Part shown: piece by piece, positions 22,942-37,344 of the stretch
How positions within the stretch are numbered: the first letter of the stretch is position 1
How the letters are laid out: every line of letters begins with the position of its first letter
Virus record (IMG/VR): IMGVR_UViG_3300045125_000071
Location: 1 to 64,000 of that record
Direction: 5' to 3' (one strand)
DNA length: 64,000 bases
The notes under the pieces: model-generated
What the model was told of the DNA's origin: nothing
Seen by the model: the letters and a program-made list of their open reading frames with translations, nothing else
The model's database searches: none
Made by a program: the position numbers and the translations under genes

Positions 22942-23546
22942 CTTGATATGTTTCTGGGTTAAAGGTATCTCTTATGGTATCTTTTGAATAATTTTCAACA
23001 TCATTTTTGTTAAAACGTATTCATTTTTACCTGTTTGTCTCATTTCGTCATGTTTATTAGCAAAAATTGTTGTGGATTTTGATTAAAAGGATATGAATCC
23101 AAAGACCTCATTTCTAATTTTTCCTCAGGTGTTTTTGGTCTGACATTATCGATTTTTGTGCTTAACATATCAATTTTTGCCATAACATTATCCATAGCTG
23201 CGAGTTTTTGTTCCAAATCATTTAATTTGGTAAAAACATCATCCATTTTGGTTATTACACCTGAATTATCCCCCTTACTCGCATCCAATTCTTTTTTTAT
23301 ACTTTTAGTCATATTAACTAAATCTGTAATATCAACCTCCTCAACTTCATTTTCTGGCATTGCTGGTACATCACCACCAGGAGCTGGTACATCACCTTCT
23401 GTGGGTGGTGGAACATCTCCACCAGGTAATGGGGGTACATCACCTTCAGCAGGTGGTGGGGGTATTTCTTGCTCTGATATAATATATTTGTACTTATAAA
23501 TTTGATTAAACCTATTTAATTCTTCCTGTAATTTTTTCTTATTCAT
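22925..23546 (-). CDS. putative head-associated/scaffold-like protein with Pro-rich GDVP repeats and coiled coil
   Basis: Starts MNKKKLQEELNRF; four GDVP repeats; coiled coil LNDLEQKLAAMD; one indel near the C-terminus. Confidence 0.55.
23358..23462 (-). repeat. four tandem (E/G)GDVP Pro-rich coding repeats
   Basis: AEGDVPPLPGGDVPPPTEGDVPAPGGDVPAMP. Confidence 0.8.
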
Positions 23547-23550
23547 AGTA

Positions 23551-23748
23551 TTAATCTTGTAATAATTGTCTTCCGTCTTCTGTGACGTATTTTTTATTAA
23601 TTCTTTCAACAATACCGTCTTTTTCTCTTACAATATAACATTCACCAGTTACTAAATCACACTCTTCGCGCTCTTTATTGTTTATGTTTTTTGTAACTTT
23701 TGGATTTAGAAATTGATTTATGCTATTTTCTATTTTATTATTGTTCAT
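23551..23748 (-). CDS. small hypothetical protein
   Basis: MNNNKIENSINQFL...ECDLVTGEC...GRQLLQD; start chosen after TATTTAT at 23760-23766. Confidence 0.6.
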   Translation of the reverse strand: MNNNKIENSINQFLNPKVTKNINNKEREECDLVTGECYIVREKDGIVERINKKYVTEDGRQLLQD

Positions 23749-23759
23749 ATACTTTTTAT

Positions 23760-23766
23760 ATAAATA
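23760..23766 (-). promoter_or_regulatory. TATTTAT late-promoter candidate
   Basis: 11 nt upstream of ATG at 23748. Confidence 0.55.
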
Positions 23767-23789
23767 TACAGAAATTATCATTTTTACTC

Positions 23790-26700
23790 CATTCTAAAAT
23801 AAACAATATTTCCAGGATTAACTCTAATTGTTTCATCAAGGAATATGATAGTGCCAATCCAAAATTATCAATAATCCTAGTGTCAATAGCTCCAGTAAAT
23901 TTTCTACTACCAATTTCACCCGTTACAGTAGGTAAAACTTTTACTATTTGTTTTTGTTTCTGGATTTATAAATGTTGTAATTGCTGAACGGATTTTTTCG
24001 AACGTGACTTCATTTTTATTATCACCATAACCAAAGGGCACGGAATAAAAATTATGTGTTTTGTTGTTCCACTAATTTCTTCCCATAATACGTTTTTATT
24101 GTTTTTTAATTGGGATAGAATCACCATGACATTATTTTTTGGGTTAACTAAATCACCATTAAATTCATAAATTCTGGCCCTTAACCATTCTCTTTCAACA
24201 TCACCAGGGTGCGTATATTTAACAAGTTGTACATTTTCATTATTGTTATAACCATTATATGATATACCGAATTCATTATATCCAGCTTTACTAACTTTAA
24301 TTTTGTCAAAATCTTCCCCAAAAGCTTCTTGTCCAATATTGACTCTATATGTTTTTCCATCCGTACTTGTAATAGTTGCTGATTCGTTAATTGAGCCTGT
24401 GCTTGATTTGTTTTGTTTTTTAATAACATCTCTTCTCAATTTATCAAATAAAACTCTATAACTTGATATAAATGAATCTTTTGGGTCTGGTAATGATGAT
24501 TGTGGTATTCTTGTACCTTTGAATGTTGTTGTAAAATTATTACCTCTAATTTGATGTGTTACTTCAGTTATCCAATAGGAACCCTTGAACATAGGAATAT
24601 TTTTCAAATAAAAAAACATTGTTGGTTTGTATCATTGCATTACCCATACATGTTACATCACAGGTATATGATGCCTGTCTATAATAATCAAATAAACTTA
24701 TATCAACGTTATATGCGCCAGCACCAGATTCAGACCTTGCCAAGTTTTCTAAAACAACAAAAGATTCAGTTGTGTTTTTTAATGTTGTTTGGTCCAATGT
24801 GACACCTTTAAATATGCCCTGGTTTTGGTCACCAAAACTAACTTCAAACGTAACAGCCCTATTAGATTTAGATAAATCAATATTATTAAAAACATCTGGT
24901 TTTGTTATAATGATTGGATTTTATTCGGGTCGGCTATGTTAAAACTATCATCGGCAAATTTATATTTCTTACTTATAATATCTGGGTGTTTAGAAGTGTT
25001 ACCAACTAATTGTAATATGATTTTAGGTGAAGAATCCTGATAATCAACATCCAAGAACATACCAAATAAATCATTAGCAACTTTTTTCGATGGTGTAATT
25101 TTATTTTTACTTTAGCATTATTACCATAAAAATTTATATATGCTGGCATTGGTCTCATATCTACACCAGTATCCTTTATTAAAAGAGATATAATACCATA
25201 TAAGTTTGTTTTATCAAAATCTTGTTTACCAAGAGATATTATTTTACTTAAATTTAAAAATAATTCATCACCTATATCTTTATTTGCTTTATCAAAAAAT
25301 AAAAATTCCTCTAATAATAGTCTCTGACCAATAGAATTTCCACCAACCCATTTATCATTAAAAGATTTAAAATAATTATATAATTCAATTTTTAATTTAT
25401 CATTTTCATAACCACTTACAATATTGTTAAATGTGCCTGTTATAGGTGTAATTGTCAGTTTAGAAAAATTCCTAATTAATTGTGTTAAAAAATATTTTCT
25501 TCTTAGAATTGAGCCGCTTGTTTTTCTAATATTTTCATTATAATTAAAAATATTTGTTCTCAAATAATTTTTAAAAGCCTCTGATGTGTCATCACCACCG
25601 CTTTTTACATATCCTGCATATATCTGTATTAACGGTCTAAATTGTAAAATATTATTTTCATTTAGTTTGACATTATTTTTTCAAAGAAACTTTGATAGTA
25701 TCCGTCAATATCCTCACCAAGATATAATTTGATTAGTTGTTTATTACTATCTGTTAATTGTGATGAAAAATAGTTATCGGTGGTAAAAGTATTTACATTA
25801 TCTACATCAGCAAATCCATACCATAAATGATAATCAATTTCTTTTGGATTTGAGATTGTAAATTTCAATGTATTTGTAGATAACAAAATATTATCACTTA
25901 TATCTTTAAGTTTTTTTGCTGTCTTGTTTTTAATTTTTGTATTAATTCGTCTGGAGATAATAAATCATCACCACTTTCTTTATTAAATGAACAAATTTCC
26001 TTTAATAGTGATTGGAAATTGATATACTTTATATTTGGAAATCTTGAATTATTATAATTTTTATATGTTTGTGATGAAAATTCTAAAAATATATTTTCAA
26101 AATCTTCTAAAATTTTGGACTAAAAACCGCAATTAAATCTATAACTTTTTTATTATTAGCATCTAATGTGTATAAATTATTCCCAGTTGTTCCTGTTGAA
26201 TATGATTTAATATATTCATCATATGCTGGAAATGTTTTACCAGTAAATGCATCATTTATATATCCGTCTTCCCAAATAATTTTAAAATAAGATTGTGAGG
26301 CACTAATAAAATCTTCAGTATTTGTTGATATTTGTGCTCCAGTAATTAAATTTGGTATTTGTACCGTTCTATTAATATTAATATCCCCACCATCACAAGG
26401 TAAAATTGTTAACCTATTATCTGCTGGGTCGAATTTACTATTATCAACATATGTTGTCCAGTAATTTAAATTATTGGATTGTTTTCTTATTCTTGGATTA
26501 ATAGCTTTTTCGTTAACGTTTGTTGAAAAAGATGTGTTTCCAGATATTATATTATAATGCGCGTAATCATTTATTACTTGGTGAAATATTGCATCATAGA
26601 AAGGATGTATAGCAACATCTTTGCTTTCTGAATATGTAATCGTATTTCCACTTGCTGTAAATCCAGTGTATTGTGCACCAGTTTCATTATTATTAAAGAA

Positions 26701-29571
26701 CTTTAGCCCATCAATAGCTTTTGTTTTATTATTAGTATCCAAGAAACCATCCAATATATCAACACCATCTAAGATATATTTTTATAACGATGATACATTG
26801 CACCCCATTTACATATTAAATGATATGGTACATAATGTGTAGAACCAATTTCTTTAAATAATGCTATTAGATTTACATTATCGTATGGTCGCGTATCATC
26901 ACCAAATTGAATACTATCTTCTAAATCAAGAAAAGGTAATGAGGTCAATAACAAATATGAAGAACCTGCATATCTCGCATAATCAGATATTTTTCAAAAT
27001 CATTAAATAATTGATTATGAAAATATGATTGTGTTTATTATATGGGTATTTGTTTTGTTAATTTTTAATTTATTAGAAAATAAATGTTGACCAGCAAAAT
27101 TTTGGTTTACCCAGGCTTTTGGGTCCATTATTGATGCTATAAAACCTTCTTCTAGCTTATGTTGTAAAACACTATTAAAATTGAAAAAATCTGGTGTTAA
27201 TTTATTTAAGCCAAGATAACTCAAATATAAATCAGAATTATAGGGATATATGTTTACCCTATAATCTTCTGGTTTATAAAAATTTAAATTATCTATGAGA
27301 CCTGAAATTAATGTTGTTGCAACTTTTCTGTTTTTTACATTATATTCCGTTATTTCGTGTGATGTTTCTAAAGAACTTTTTATATATGGAACTGTTGGTA
27401 ATTGGTCTTGATAATATGGATACCTTTCAAAAGGTGAAAAAGATTTTAGAATATCATAAAAATCTGGTTCACTTTTTACCAATTCTTTTAATATTGTAAT
27501 AATTTGATTATCTTCCTTAATAGCATTTGAAATATTTTCAAACTCAATATTTGCTAATTCATTTAATGTTACATTACTAAAAGAATCAAATGCAGTAAAA
27601 TAATTTGCTCTTTCATATATTTCATATAAAAAAGATGATGGTGCAGTATCAATATATGGAATTGTATTTGCAACATATCCTAACGTACTAATTAATCTAG
27701 TGTTATCTAAATTATCATCATTTTCATACCCAGCAGTAACTGGACTTGATGTATGTTCTTTTCAGCGAGCGGGTCAACTTTGTTTGTTGCAACTTCAATA
27801 AATCCTTCAACAAATTCTACTTCTGGCCATAATGTTGCATTATTAGAATTTAATTTAGTTATTAAATCTTTTTCACCTGGATATGCGATAACTCTATTTT
27901 TTTCATTATCAGAATCTTTTTTAATTTCTGGCCACGGATATATTGCTGGGTCGCCTTTGGTTTCTTTAGAAAGTTTTTCTAAAAGCTTTTTTCTATTATT
28001 TGCTTGGTCAAAAGCTCTTTTGTGAACATCTTTCATTAATCTAATATAAACCTCAGCATTAGCTAATATTATTGCAAATATGTTTCTGATTGTTGGTTGA
28101 AAACCAAAACCGCTTTTTCCATTTTTGACAATATTATTCATTTCCTCCTCAATATTCTTCTCTAACTTGTCCCTTTCTTCTATAAATACTTTATAAATCT
28201 CATTTAAATCTTCGATTAGAACATCAAACTTTACTTGAAGTGTATCTTGTTTATAATATTTGTCAATTTTACCAGCAAATTTTGATAACAATTTATCTTT
28301 TTTGAAATCACCACCGCCTGTTTTTCCATCAGATGCCGCTTTTACTAACTCTTCAGTAAAAAGACTACTATTTTGTAATGCTTTATTATTTTCAATAATT
28401 AAAAATTCTAATGTTCCTGGTCTATCAGAGCCAACAATTTTTTCATTTGTGGTTGCACCAGTAATACCTTTTAAAGAATAATATTCAACACCATTTTCTG
28501 TCGTTGAATTATTTTTTAAATTTTGTTTAGCCCACGCTATTGCAGCTTTTATAAAATCATCAATCTTTTTTCAAAATCTTGCAAACCTATGAAAATATCT
28601 GGATGTAACTTTTGATATAAAATCTCTCTTTCTAATATTTTATCTAAAGATTGCGCTTTTACAATCAATTCTCTTAATGTAATAACTGGGAAATCTTGAG
28701 GTACTAAATTCTTTTTTTGTATTCTGAATATATGTTCTTCAAAATCAAATACCCTCTTGATGTTTTTCCAACATTTTTACTTACATTTTGTGTAGTTTTC
28801 GTTTAATGTACCATCAGTAAGATTATCTAATGGAAACATATATGGCGCATTCATAATGACTTTTAAAGATAAATCATTTAAGAAAGCAAAAGTTGACCCA
28901 ACAAAACTGTCGTTACTTCAAAATTTCCATTCGTATCATTGAATTTAGATGAAAATTTAACAAGATGTAATCTATAACGTATTGCTTTACCATAATATCC
29001 CTTTTAATGTTAAATAAAATATTAGGCTAAGGAACATGAAAAAAAGCATTATATGGTGAATTTTCAGCCGCTTCAAATAATGTTTTACCTCTAACATCTA
29101 TAAAATTAATAGTTACTTGTGGTATTAATTTGCGCCTTTAATTGTAACATATGATATTATCTATACCAAAGATTGTCCAGAATCCATCTGATGTGGTATA
29201 TTTATCAGCTAATTTGTATGGAAATATTGTACCTGGAATATTTTCAGTTTTGGCAAATTTTGGTGTTGTGTTTGTATATGAATCAGTCCATGCAGAATCA
29301 TAATCTCTACCATTCTGATTAGACATGAAAATTTGAAGTCCCTTTTGCTAATAGAAACAAGTGTATCCTGGTCATTATGTTGCTTTGAGAATCGGACGTA
29401 GGTACAATATCCGCTTCTAAATTTACGTAAATAACCAAATTTCCTGGATACACCTCTTGGATGTATATTACCATCCTTATCAATAACACTATTTGGGTCG
29501 ATATATACTAAATTATTTTGGTCGACTTTAACTAAAATATTTTCATTATTCGATAAATCATTGTTCACCAT
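23790..29571 (-). CDS. giant baseplate hub-like protein (gp27/gpD-type C-terminal region), ~1900 aa, many indels
   Basis: Collinear fragments from MVNNDL (29571); near the C-terminus CDVTCMGNAMIQ...FYLKNIPMFKGSYWITEVTHQI....TTTFKGTR, a hub-type signature. End position approximate. Confidence 0.55.
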
Positions 29572-29886
29572 AATATAAATTATATAAATCTACAGCTCTT
29601 TTGTAATCTTGTAAAGTGCTTATCAAAGGAAAATGGTATTCTAAGTAAAGAATTATCTGGTATTTCGTATTCTACACCGCCAACAGATGGATTCGTCAAT
29701 AAAATTAACCAACCGAAAACTGGTGTATTATAATATTCCTTGAGATATTTTATCTAACCTAGTTTTACCTACTTTATAAAATATGTATTTATCAGTTCCC
29801 TTTATTGGTAGTTCAATACCTGGAACAATTCTAAAAGTTCCGTCTTGTTCAAAGTATTGATATCTGTCAAAATAATCTCTACTCAC
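29558..29886 (-). CDS. LysM-like / tail-X-type baseplate protein (not in ORF track; indels)
   Basis: GTG start, SRDYFDRYQYF...TRLDKISQ.YY..PVFGWLIL...EIPDN..LRIPF. Confidence 0.6.
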
Positions 29887-32800
29887 TATGCTGTTTTTAA
29901 TTTTATAAAAATTTAAATTAGTCTTAGCATCAACAATTGATTGAATTTATTTTTTTACCATCAGATATTAAATCTTCATCTGTTGTTTCTGTTTCAGTTA
30001 ATATTATATATTCAAATTTCTTTTCATTTTTTCTATCTTTAAATTTATCGAATTTGAAGATTTTTTCTTTTGGTATACTAATAAAAGAATCTAATTTATA
30101 TGATAATCTTTTTTATTGTTTTTTCATCAAATTCATTTTTAAATAAATTTAAAATATTTTCTTTTATCCTTTTGAATCAACACAGATAAAATATCTGATA
30201 AATCTGATGTTGTGATTGTTGGATTCAAGAAAATTTATACTGTTATCTAAATCACTATATAATGTTGTTGATTTTGATGATATATAATCAATACAATATG
30301 AATATTCATTATAAAGTAAATTTCTAGTAAACCAGACAATTCTATTTCATAATTTTTTCTTTATTAATTTTGAAATCTCTTTCATGTTTAACAATAAAAT
30401 TAACTTTTATCCAATGATGTTATTAATAAATTCCTTTTTATTTTCAAAATTTTAATTCCAATATTTTCATTTAATTGTATAGTTTATTATCAACTAATGT
30501 TTTGATAAAAGGTTTTAACAATCTATTTGCCCTACTATGTTTTGTGTCGGTATTTCTTTATCAAATCCAAATATCTCACAAAGATTTGCGTTATCAATCT
30601 ATTCAAACATTTTTTATTTTAAATGTTTGAATCAATCTGCTCAATTCAAAACCTTTTTTATATATCCCAAACAAACTTAAATTAGTAGTTGTATTATCAC
30701 CTTTAGTAATTACATATTGATTTATTTGCCTATATTCAGTTGATAAAACCATATTGGCAATTTTATTACCATAATTTAGTACTATTATATTATATAATGT
30801 TTGATATTCTGTAAAGTAATTTTTTGTATTTGTATAAACATCATTGATTAATGATGCGTAACCTAATTTATTATCAATAATTTCACCAATATATTTACCT
30901 TCAGCAACAACATTTGTTGGTGAAATAGCTTCTGGTTTTACTGTTTTATTTTTTAAATCAAAACTTTCTAAAAATTCTTTTGTGAATTTATTAGCATCTT
31001 GACCAGCAATTTTAGTATTTGTTGGTATTGACCTTTCATCATATATTTCTGTATTTGCATAGAAATTAGATGATAAAGCATTTTGTAACCTTGATACTGG
31101 TTCTTCCAAACCTTGACCACCAATAAAATTAAGTGATAATGTTACACTCGCTAACATTGGTTGCATACCAATTCCCTCTGGGTTAAAATCCCATGGAGAA
31201 TCTTCATATGATATTTGCACATCTCTGATTACAACTTTAGAATGATAAAAATCACCAATTCTTAAAATACAAATCGGTGGGGGACCAAATGTTGTGTTTC
31301 TTGCATCAACATCAACATCATCAACTCTTCCCTTTATTGGTATTGTATCTCCTGGTCTAATACATTGATGTAAAAATGTTAATCTTGAATTTAAACCCTC
31401 TGGTGTTGTTGAATGAAAACCTGGATGGAAATATCTTAATTTTTCTCTTAAAGATTTAAAAACTAATGGTGAATCTTCTTCAAGTTTTTTAAAGTAATAA
31501 CATTCAGATAGCGTTTTCATAATGATTCGCTTCATTACATCTACTAGGCGGTTTTTTTACTTTGGACTGTCTTGTTACTGTTACCAGATTCAACAATTCT
31601 ATTCTTTGTGGTACGACTTTTTCTGGTTCTGGATTTATTGGTTTTACAGCTTCATCTTTAATTTTATATTTAAAATCAATTTCAGCTCTTCTACAATAAA
31701 AAGATATCGGTGAATACTTGTTTAGTTCAGGAACACTTTTAAAGTCCTTATTCCAACAGTCATTATCAACACCACCATTTGTATTTAATGAATTATTTTC
31801 ACCAACAGATTGAACTTTAATTTTAATTGTTGTATTGTAATCGGTCCACCCCAAATCTTTTAAAGAATATTCATACTCCTTAGTTAATTAAAATCACGAG
31901 TAAGTTCATTCATCATGAAATCCATTTTATTGCTTGATGGTAAAGTATTATCTTTACTAATTCTTTTTAAGAAATCAATCATAACACTATAACATCTTCA
32001 ATGATAATAAAAAATTATATTGGTCGGAATCTGATGATGATGTTGATGCATTAATGTTTACAACAATTTCTTGTGCTTTTTTTCTGTGATTTTTGTTTTT
32101 AAATCTGCTGTTTTTGTTGAATATGTATTGAAATTATTTGTCAAATTTGTAAAATAATTTGTAATTTGACTTGTTACAGCCGATGCGTTTCCTGTTGTTG
32201 AATTAAACAAAATTTTTCTATCCGAATTAGCATCTTTATCATTTGCTGGTTTAGCATTTAATTGATTTACACTGGTTGTTAATCTATCAATAAATGTTGT
32301 TTGGTTATTGGAACTTGTATAATCGTTATATAATGTTGTATAATCTGATTGCGTCTTTGATTGCCCTGGAACACCAGGAATCGCATTTGAAAAATTTAAT
32401 GATATTGTTTGTAAACTTCACTTTCCGTAGTTTTCGGTTCTGATGGTGTTATAACATTAGATTTAGGTTTTTCAACTTCCTCAGTAACAACATTGTATTG
32501 TTTTATTTGTTCTGGTGAACCACCCTTATTTAAATATGCTAATATATACTCAACATCTGATTTATCAAGTGTTGTGTATCTTTTAATTAAATCATAAAAA
32601 TCATAATTTTCACATCCAGCAAATAAAGCGTTTATATAATTATCAGCTTCCTCATCTGACATATTTTTAAACTCTTCCCGAACCATTAAGTTAAGTATAC
32701 TAGGATGGTCAACAACAATTTTAAAACTTAATTGACCAGTTCTTTCTGTGCTTGAATAGGTATATATTGGTTCTGGTCTACCTAAAAATTTGTTTGCTTC

Positions 32801-34617
32801 CCAAGTACGCTTGGTTGTTTTCACTTACTTTCAAATCATATGGTGGAAACCACATAACTCTACCGCCATTCGGTCCTCTTTCACAATATGGTAAATCTAA
32901 AACTGTAAATCCAGATTTGTCAGATGTTCTCCATGCAAGGTTTTCAATAGAAAACATGTATTTTTTCGCATAAAAACTTTTACCATCAGAATCTGGCCCA
33001 TACTTATAGCCTTCAACAATATTTGAATCTAGAGGAAAATCCTTTTTACCATTTGACATATGGTGCAATGCTAAGATTCCAAGGGTCTTTAACAACAGTA
33101 CCATCAAATTTCCTAATATTACCACCCTTTTTCATTGTATCTGAATGTGTAATATATGGTCTGTCTTTAGTCCATACTCTACAATATTCCACACCACTTT
33201 GCTGACCATACGAATCGACATATTGAATAGCAGAACCTCTAGAAATAAAAGTATTACCTTCTCTAAAATTCTTGTTGTTTGGTCAATAACATTTGCAACG
33301 TGAGACCTTGCTTCACCACCATTTGTGGGCATACTATCAAGAATATCTTGGGTATAACCTAATAGTGAATCATCCCTAAAATCAAATCTTGTAGATAGTG
33401 AACCTCAAGTTGTGAGCGTTGTGAATCATACTCTGAGTTATTAGCACCTAATGCATTTTTTGAATTAATACTAATCCAAGTTAATTTACCACTAATTTGC
33501 CCACCTTCACCTATGTTCTTTTTCTTTCAAATAATTCAGTTTGTACTGGGTCAAATAAAAGACTTAAATAATATGGACTTCTAACTGGTCTATCATTGAA
33601 GTCATTCATTGCATATTTTACATCATTACCTCTATCATCACCTATATATGCATTACTATTAGGTGCTTCAACACCTAACAAATTTTTTGCACTTTGAGCA
33701 AATTATCTACAAAATTGAATAATTTTGATGTGTTTTGTGACCTTGCTGTTGTTGTATAATTTGGAGCATATTTTGAATAGGATAATAAATCATAAAGTGT
33801 TTGTTTCTGACCACTACCCATATATTCAATAAACAAATCTGATGGTTTTCTTTCACTTGTAGGTCTTCTTTGTATTCCTAAAATGAACCTAGAGCACCTG
33901 TAGTGTCTTGAAATATTTTACCATATTCACTATTTGGTACTGGTTTTACATTTATCGGATTAGAAGGATTAGATAAATAATCACCAGGTATTTCTGCCCA
34001 TGGAAATTCTATACCCAGAAACAGTTTGAATGAAATCAATTCCTTTACCTATTGGTGTTTTCGCGACAGTAATTTGATAGTTTGATTCAACTAATGGTTC
34101 TTTTCCTGTAATAATATTTGTTGCTGTTGCTAAATTACCATTTAATGCATCTAATATTCTAACTCTACCAAATAGTTGCTTTATATAAATTTTGTTCAAT
34201 TCTTGAATATACAGGACCTTTTTGATTTTTATCTTGAATATATGAAGCTGCAAATTTGAATAATTCAGATTCATTATCATAATTCTGATTACTCATTATA
34301 CCAACTAAAGTATGTTTTTCAGCAACAAAATATGGAGTTCCATTATAATATAATGAAAGATTCGCTTTTCTTGGAATAACATTTAATTCCTCAACAATAT
34401 TATATTTTAATGGTTTAAAAACATTAGCGTTTTGAGATTTTAATAAATCATTATCTCTATTTGTATCTACAGCGCCAGGGTCTACATTTGGAAAATCATT
34501 TAAGTTTTTTACTGCATAGTTATTTTCATTAAATGTTTGTGGACCATTTGGTACTTGTAATGTTTTTGATAGTACAAAATCCCTAAATCTTTTTGTTGTA
34601 TTAAAATCTAAAGGCAT
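29887..34617 (-). CDS. very large tail/baseplate protein with tube-initiator-like segments (~1570 aa, many indels)
   Basis: MPLDFNTTKRF start after TATTTAT; RVMWFPPYDL, FLGRPEPIYTYSSTERTGQLSF, PPICILRIGDFYHSKVVIRDVQISY. Confidence 0.55.
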
Positions 34618-34633
34618 TAATATGTTTTATACT

Positions 34634-34640
34634 ATAAATA
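34634..34640 (-). promoter_or_regulatory. TATTTAT late-promoter candidate
   Basis: 16 nt upstream of ATG at 34617. Confidence 0.6.
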
Positions 34641-34675
34641 GATAAATAATAAAATTGTTAATTTATAGATTGAAA

Positions 34676-37169
34676 TTAAACATATGAATTAGATAAATAA
34701 GACAACCTATCAACTAATTTACCACCCAATTCGGATGACGATAATAACATTTCATTTACTGCCCTACCAACTTTATCTACCGAACCATCATTTGCAGCTA
34801 ATAAAATTTTAACCGTGTGAGTTGTTTCAGTTTTATTTTTTTCCATTGTATTTTCTGGTGTTGGTTTTTCAATTATTTTTTCGCGTAATTCCAATGGTTT
34901 TATGGTTGATGCGAAACTAACTAAATTATCTTTTGTAACTAAATTTTTATTTGGTTCTTCTGGTTCTACATTTGGTTTTGTTTGGTTAAACTTAGCAAAT
35001 ATTCCAAATTGATTATTTATTAAGTCTAATGTTTTTGTTGTATTTGATGTATTCATCATAATACCATCATTTTGCTTGATTAATATGTCTTGACCATTAT
35101 TAATTTAGAATATGCATCAATTAAAATTACTTACTAAGGTGTTTGATGTTGAATCAGTAAACCATTTGTTGATTTAGTTTGTGAAGCAAACGTATTCAAA
35201 TAATTTAATAATTGGTTATTTAAACTAAGAATATTATTAGAAGTATTTTGTGTGTTTTGTGCTATATTCAACGTATTTGTAACTAAACCATCTTGTTTTG
35301 TATTTAAACTTGTTAAGTTAGTAATAGCATCATTGTTAAATGAAAAATTTATACTACTTAAATCAACACCAGTTAGTGTGCTAGTAGTTTCTGATTTTTT
35401 TGTTGTTTTAGTTGGTTTTTCACCAGTTTCTGGTGATTCGGGAGTAGTTAACTAGATGTTTTTTCGGGTTTTTTTCCTCTATTCATAATATCAGACATAG
35501 CTCTTTTCATTTCATCAGCGAGTTCTTTACCTTTACCTGTCATATTGGCAATATACTCTTTAAGCCATAGGTCCAGTCATATCTGAAAACCTTTCATATT
35601 TACCGCCTGTTGTTGCTTGAACAATTGATTTACCTTGTTCTCTTATAAAAACACCAACCTTGTTTAGCTGCAATTGATAAAATTGCTGATACATCTCTTT
35701 AAGATTTTCAACATCTGAAGCTTGTTTTCTGACAATTTCTTCGGATGACATTTTTACAAATTCATCTTGAAATTCAGTTAATCTTACCAATTGTTTTTGA
35801 TGTCAAATCTTCTAATGCAACTTCTTTTGCACCAAATTCTTTTTGTAATTGTTCGCTGTTTAATTCAATTGTCATTTTACCACCTTTCATTTGAGAGATG
35901 TTGGTGATAAACTCTCTTTGACTATCTGTTAACGTTAATCCACGAGCTGCTAAATCAGAAGCTGCTTTGCTTCTTTCTGCGGCTGCAATTGCTACCTTTG
36001 AGAACTCTTGATAACTAACACCTAAAGCATCTGCCATTGCTTTAGCTTTTCTTAAATTAATTCCAGTTATTTCAAATCTACCCTGTTCTTCATTATATAA
36101 TGCTAAACCACCTGTTGCACCTATCAACGCATCTTGCAAACCCTCAACATTGTTTGTTGCCATATACATTAATTCTGGGGGTCATTAAAATCACCAATTG
36201 CACCACCAAGAACTTGTAAGTTAGCTGACAAATCTAAAGCACCTTCTGGATTGATTACTTTATCAGCAATTTTAAAACATCATCCATGCTCATTCTAAAT
36301 TCAGTGGCTTTTCTTGTCATAGCCGCTAAACCATCAATACCATTTTTAAAACCATATTCATTTAACTTACTAATATTTGTCGATAAATCCTTTGTCGCTT
36401 TTTGTGCTTGTAAACCAAGACCTAAAGCCGCTTTACCAGCTGCTCCTATCCTTTCTTGTGCATCTGCGGCCCCTAAACCAACTTTTTCAAATTCAGGGTA
36501 CATTGCAACTAAATTTTCTAAAGAACCAACATACGCTTTAGCTAATGCGCCAGCTCTTGTCCAAGTATCAGCGTTAATTGTTGCGAATCTACCTGATTGT
36601 GTTACTAAATTTTGTGCAGATTGTGCTAATTCATCGAACCCGATACCTAATTGTAATAATCTTGGATTTGCTGTTGTTAATTCTTCTCTAAATCTTTCAG
36701 CATAATCTCCAGTCATTCCAGCCTTTTCATTAATCATTGTTAATAAAGCAGACTGTTGTTGAAAATATGTCTCAAGAGATTCTATTGCGGTTTTAATGAG
36801 TTTACCCATTATTTCTCTTGGACTCATTAACTTATCTTGCTCATTGAATATTAAACTATACGCTTCCTTAATAGATAATAATTCATCATTACAGGCCTGG
36901 CATATATTCCCTTTTTTCTTGAGCAAGAAATCATGGTTTGGAATAATTCTGGAACACTTAATTTTGATACTTCAGATTTTATTGGTTTTACTCCAGAAGG
37001 AGTATACGTTCTTGATGATAATTTAGCACTCTTTATATTACTAATATCGTCATTTAATTCTCTCGATGTTTTGTTTGGATTCGAAGATTTCCACAAATTT
37101 ATTGCAGCTTCCTCTGATACACCACTATCTAAACATGCTTGAATAAAATTTCTTTAATTCGTTATTCAT
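34676..37169 (-). CDS. tape measure protein (~830 aa, frameshifted)
   Basis: Ala/Leu-rich helical fragments 36255-36926, 35774-36169, 35560-35790 and 34676-35059; directly after the tail chaperone. Confidence 0.75.
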
Positions 37170-37173
37170 AATA

Positions 37174-37180
37174 ATAAATA
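37174..37180 (-). promoter_or_regulatory. TATTTAT late-promoter candidate
   Basis: 4 nt upstream of tape-measure ATG at 37169. Confidence 0.6.
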
Positions 37181-37185
37181 CATAA

Positions 37186-37344
37186 TTACTGTTTTTCCAA
37201 CTCCATTATGTATTCTTATGTAATATCGCCTAATGAAGACTGGCATACTGATTACATCGCTGTAACTAAAATTTCTGTTGACTAAGATACAGATATTTCA
37301 GATAATTGGTTCTTCTTATACTCCGAAGAAAGGGCGAAAAATTC
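37186..37344 (-). CDS. tail-assembly chaperone extension ('T' part), no obvious upstream start
   Basis: FALSSEYKKNQLSEI..LVNRNFSYSDVISMPVFIRRYYI; overlaps the chaperone end at a T-run. Confidence 0.55.
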
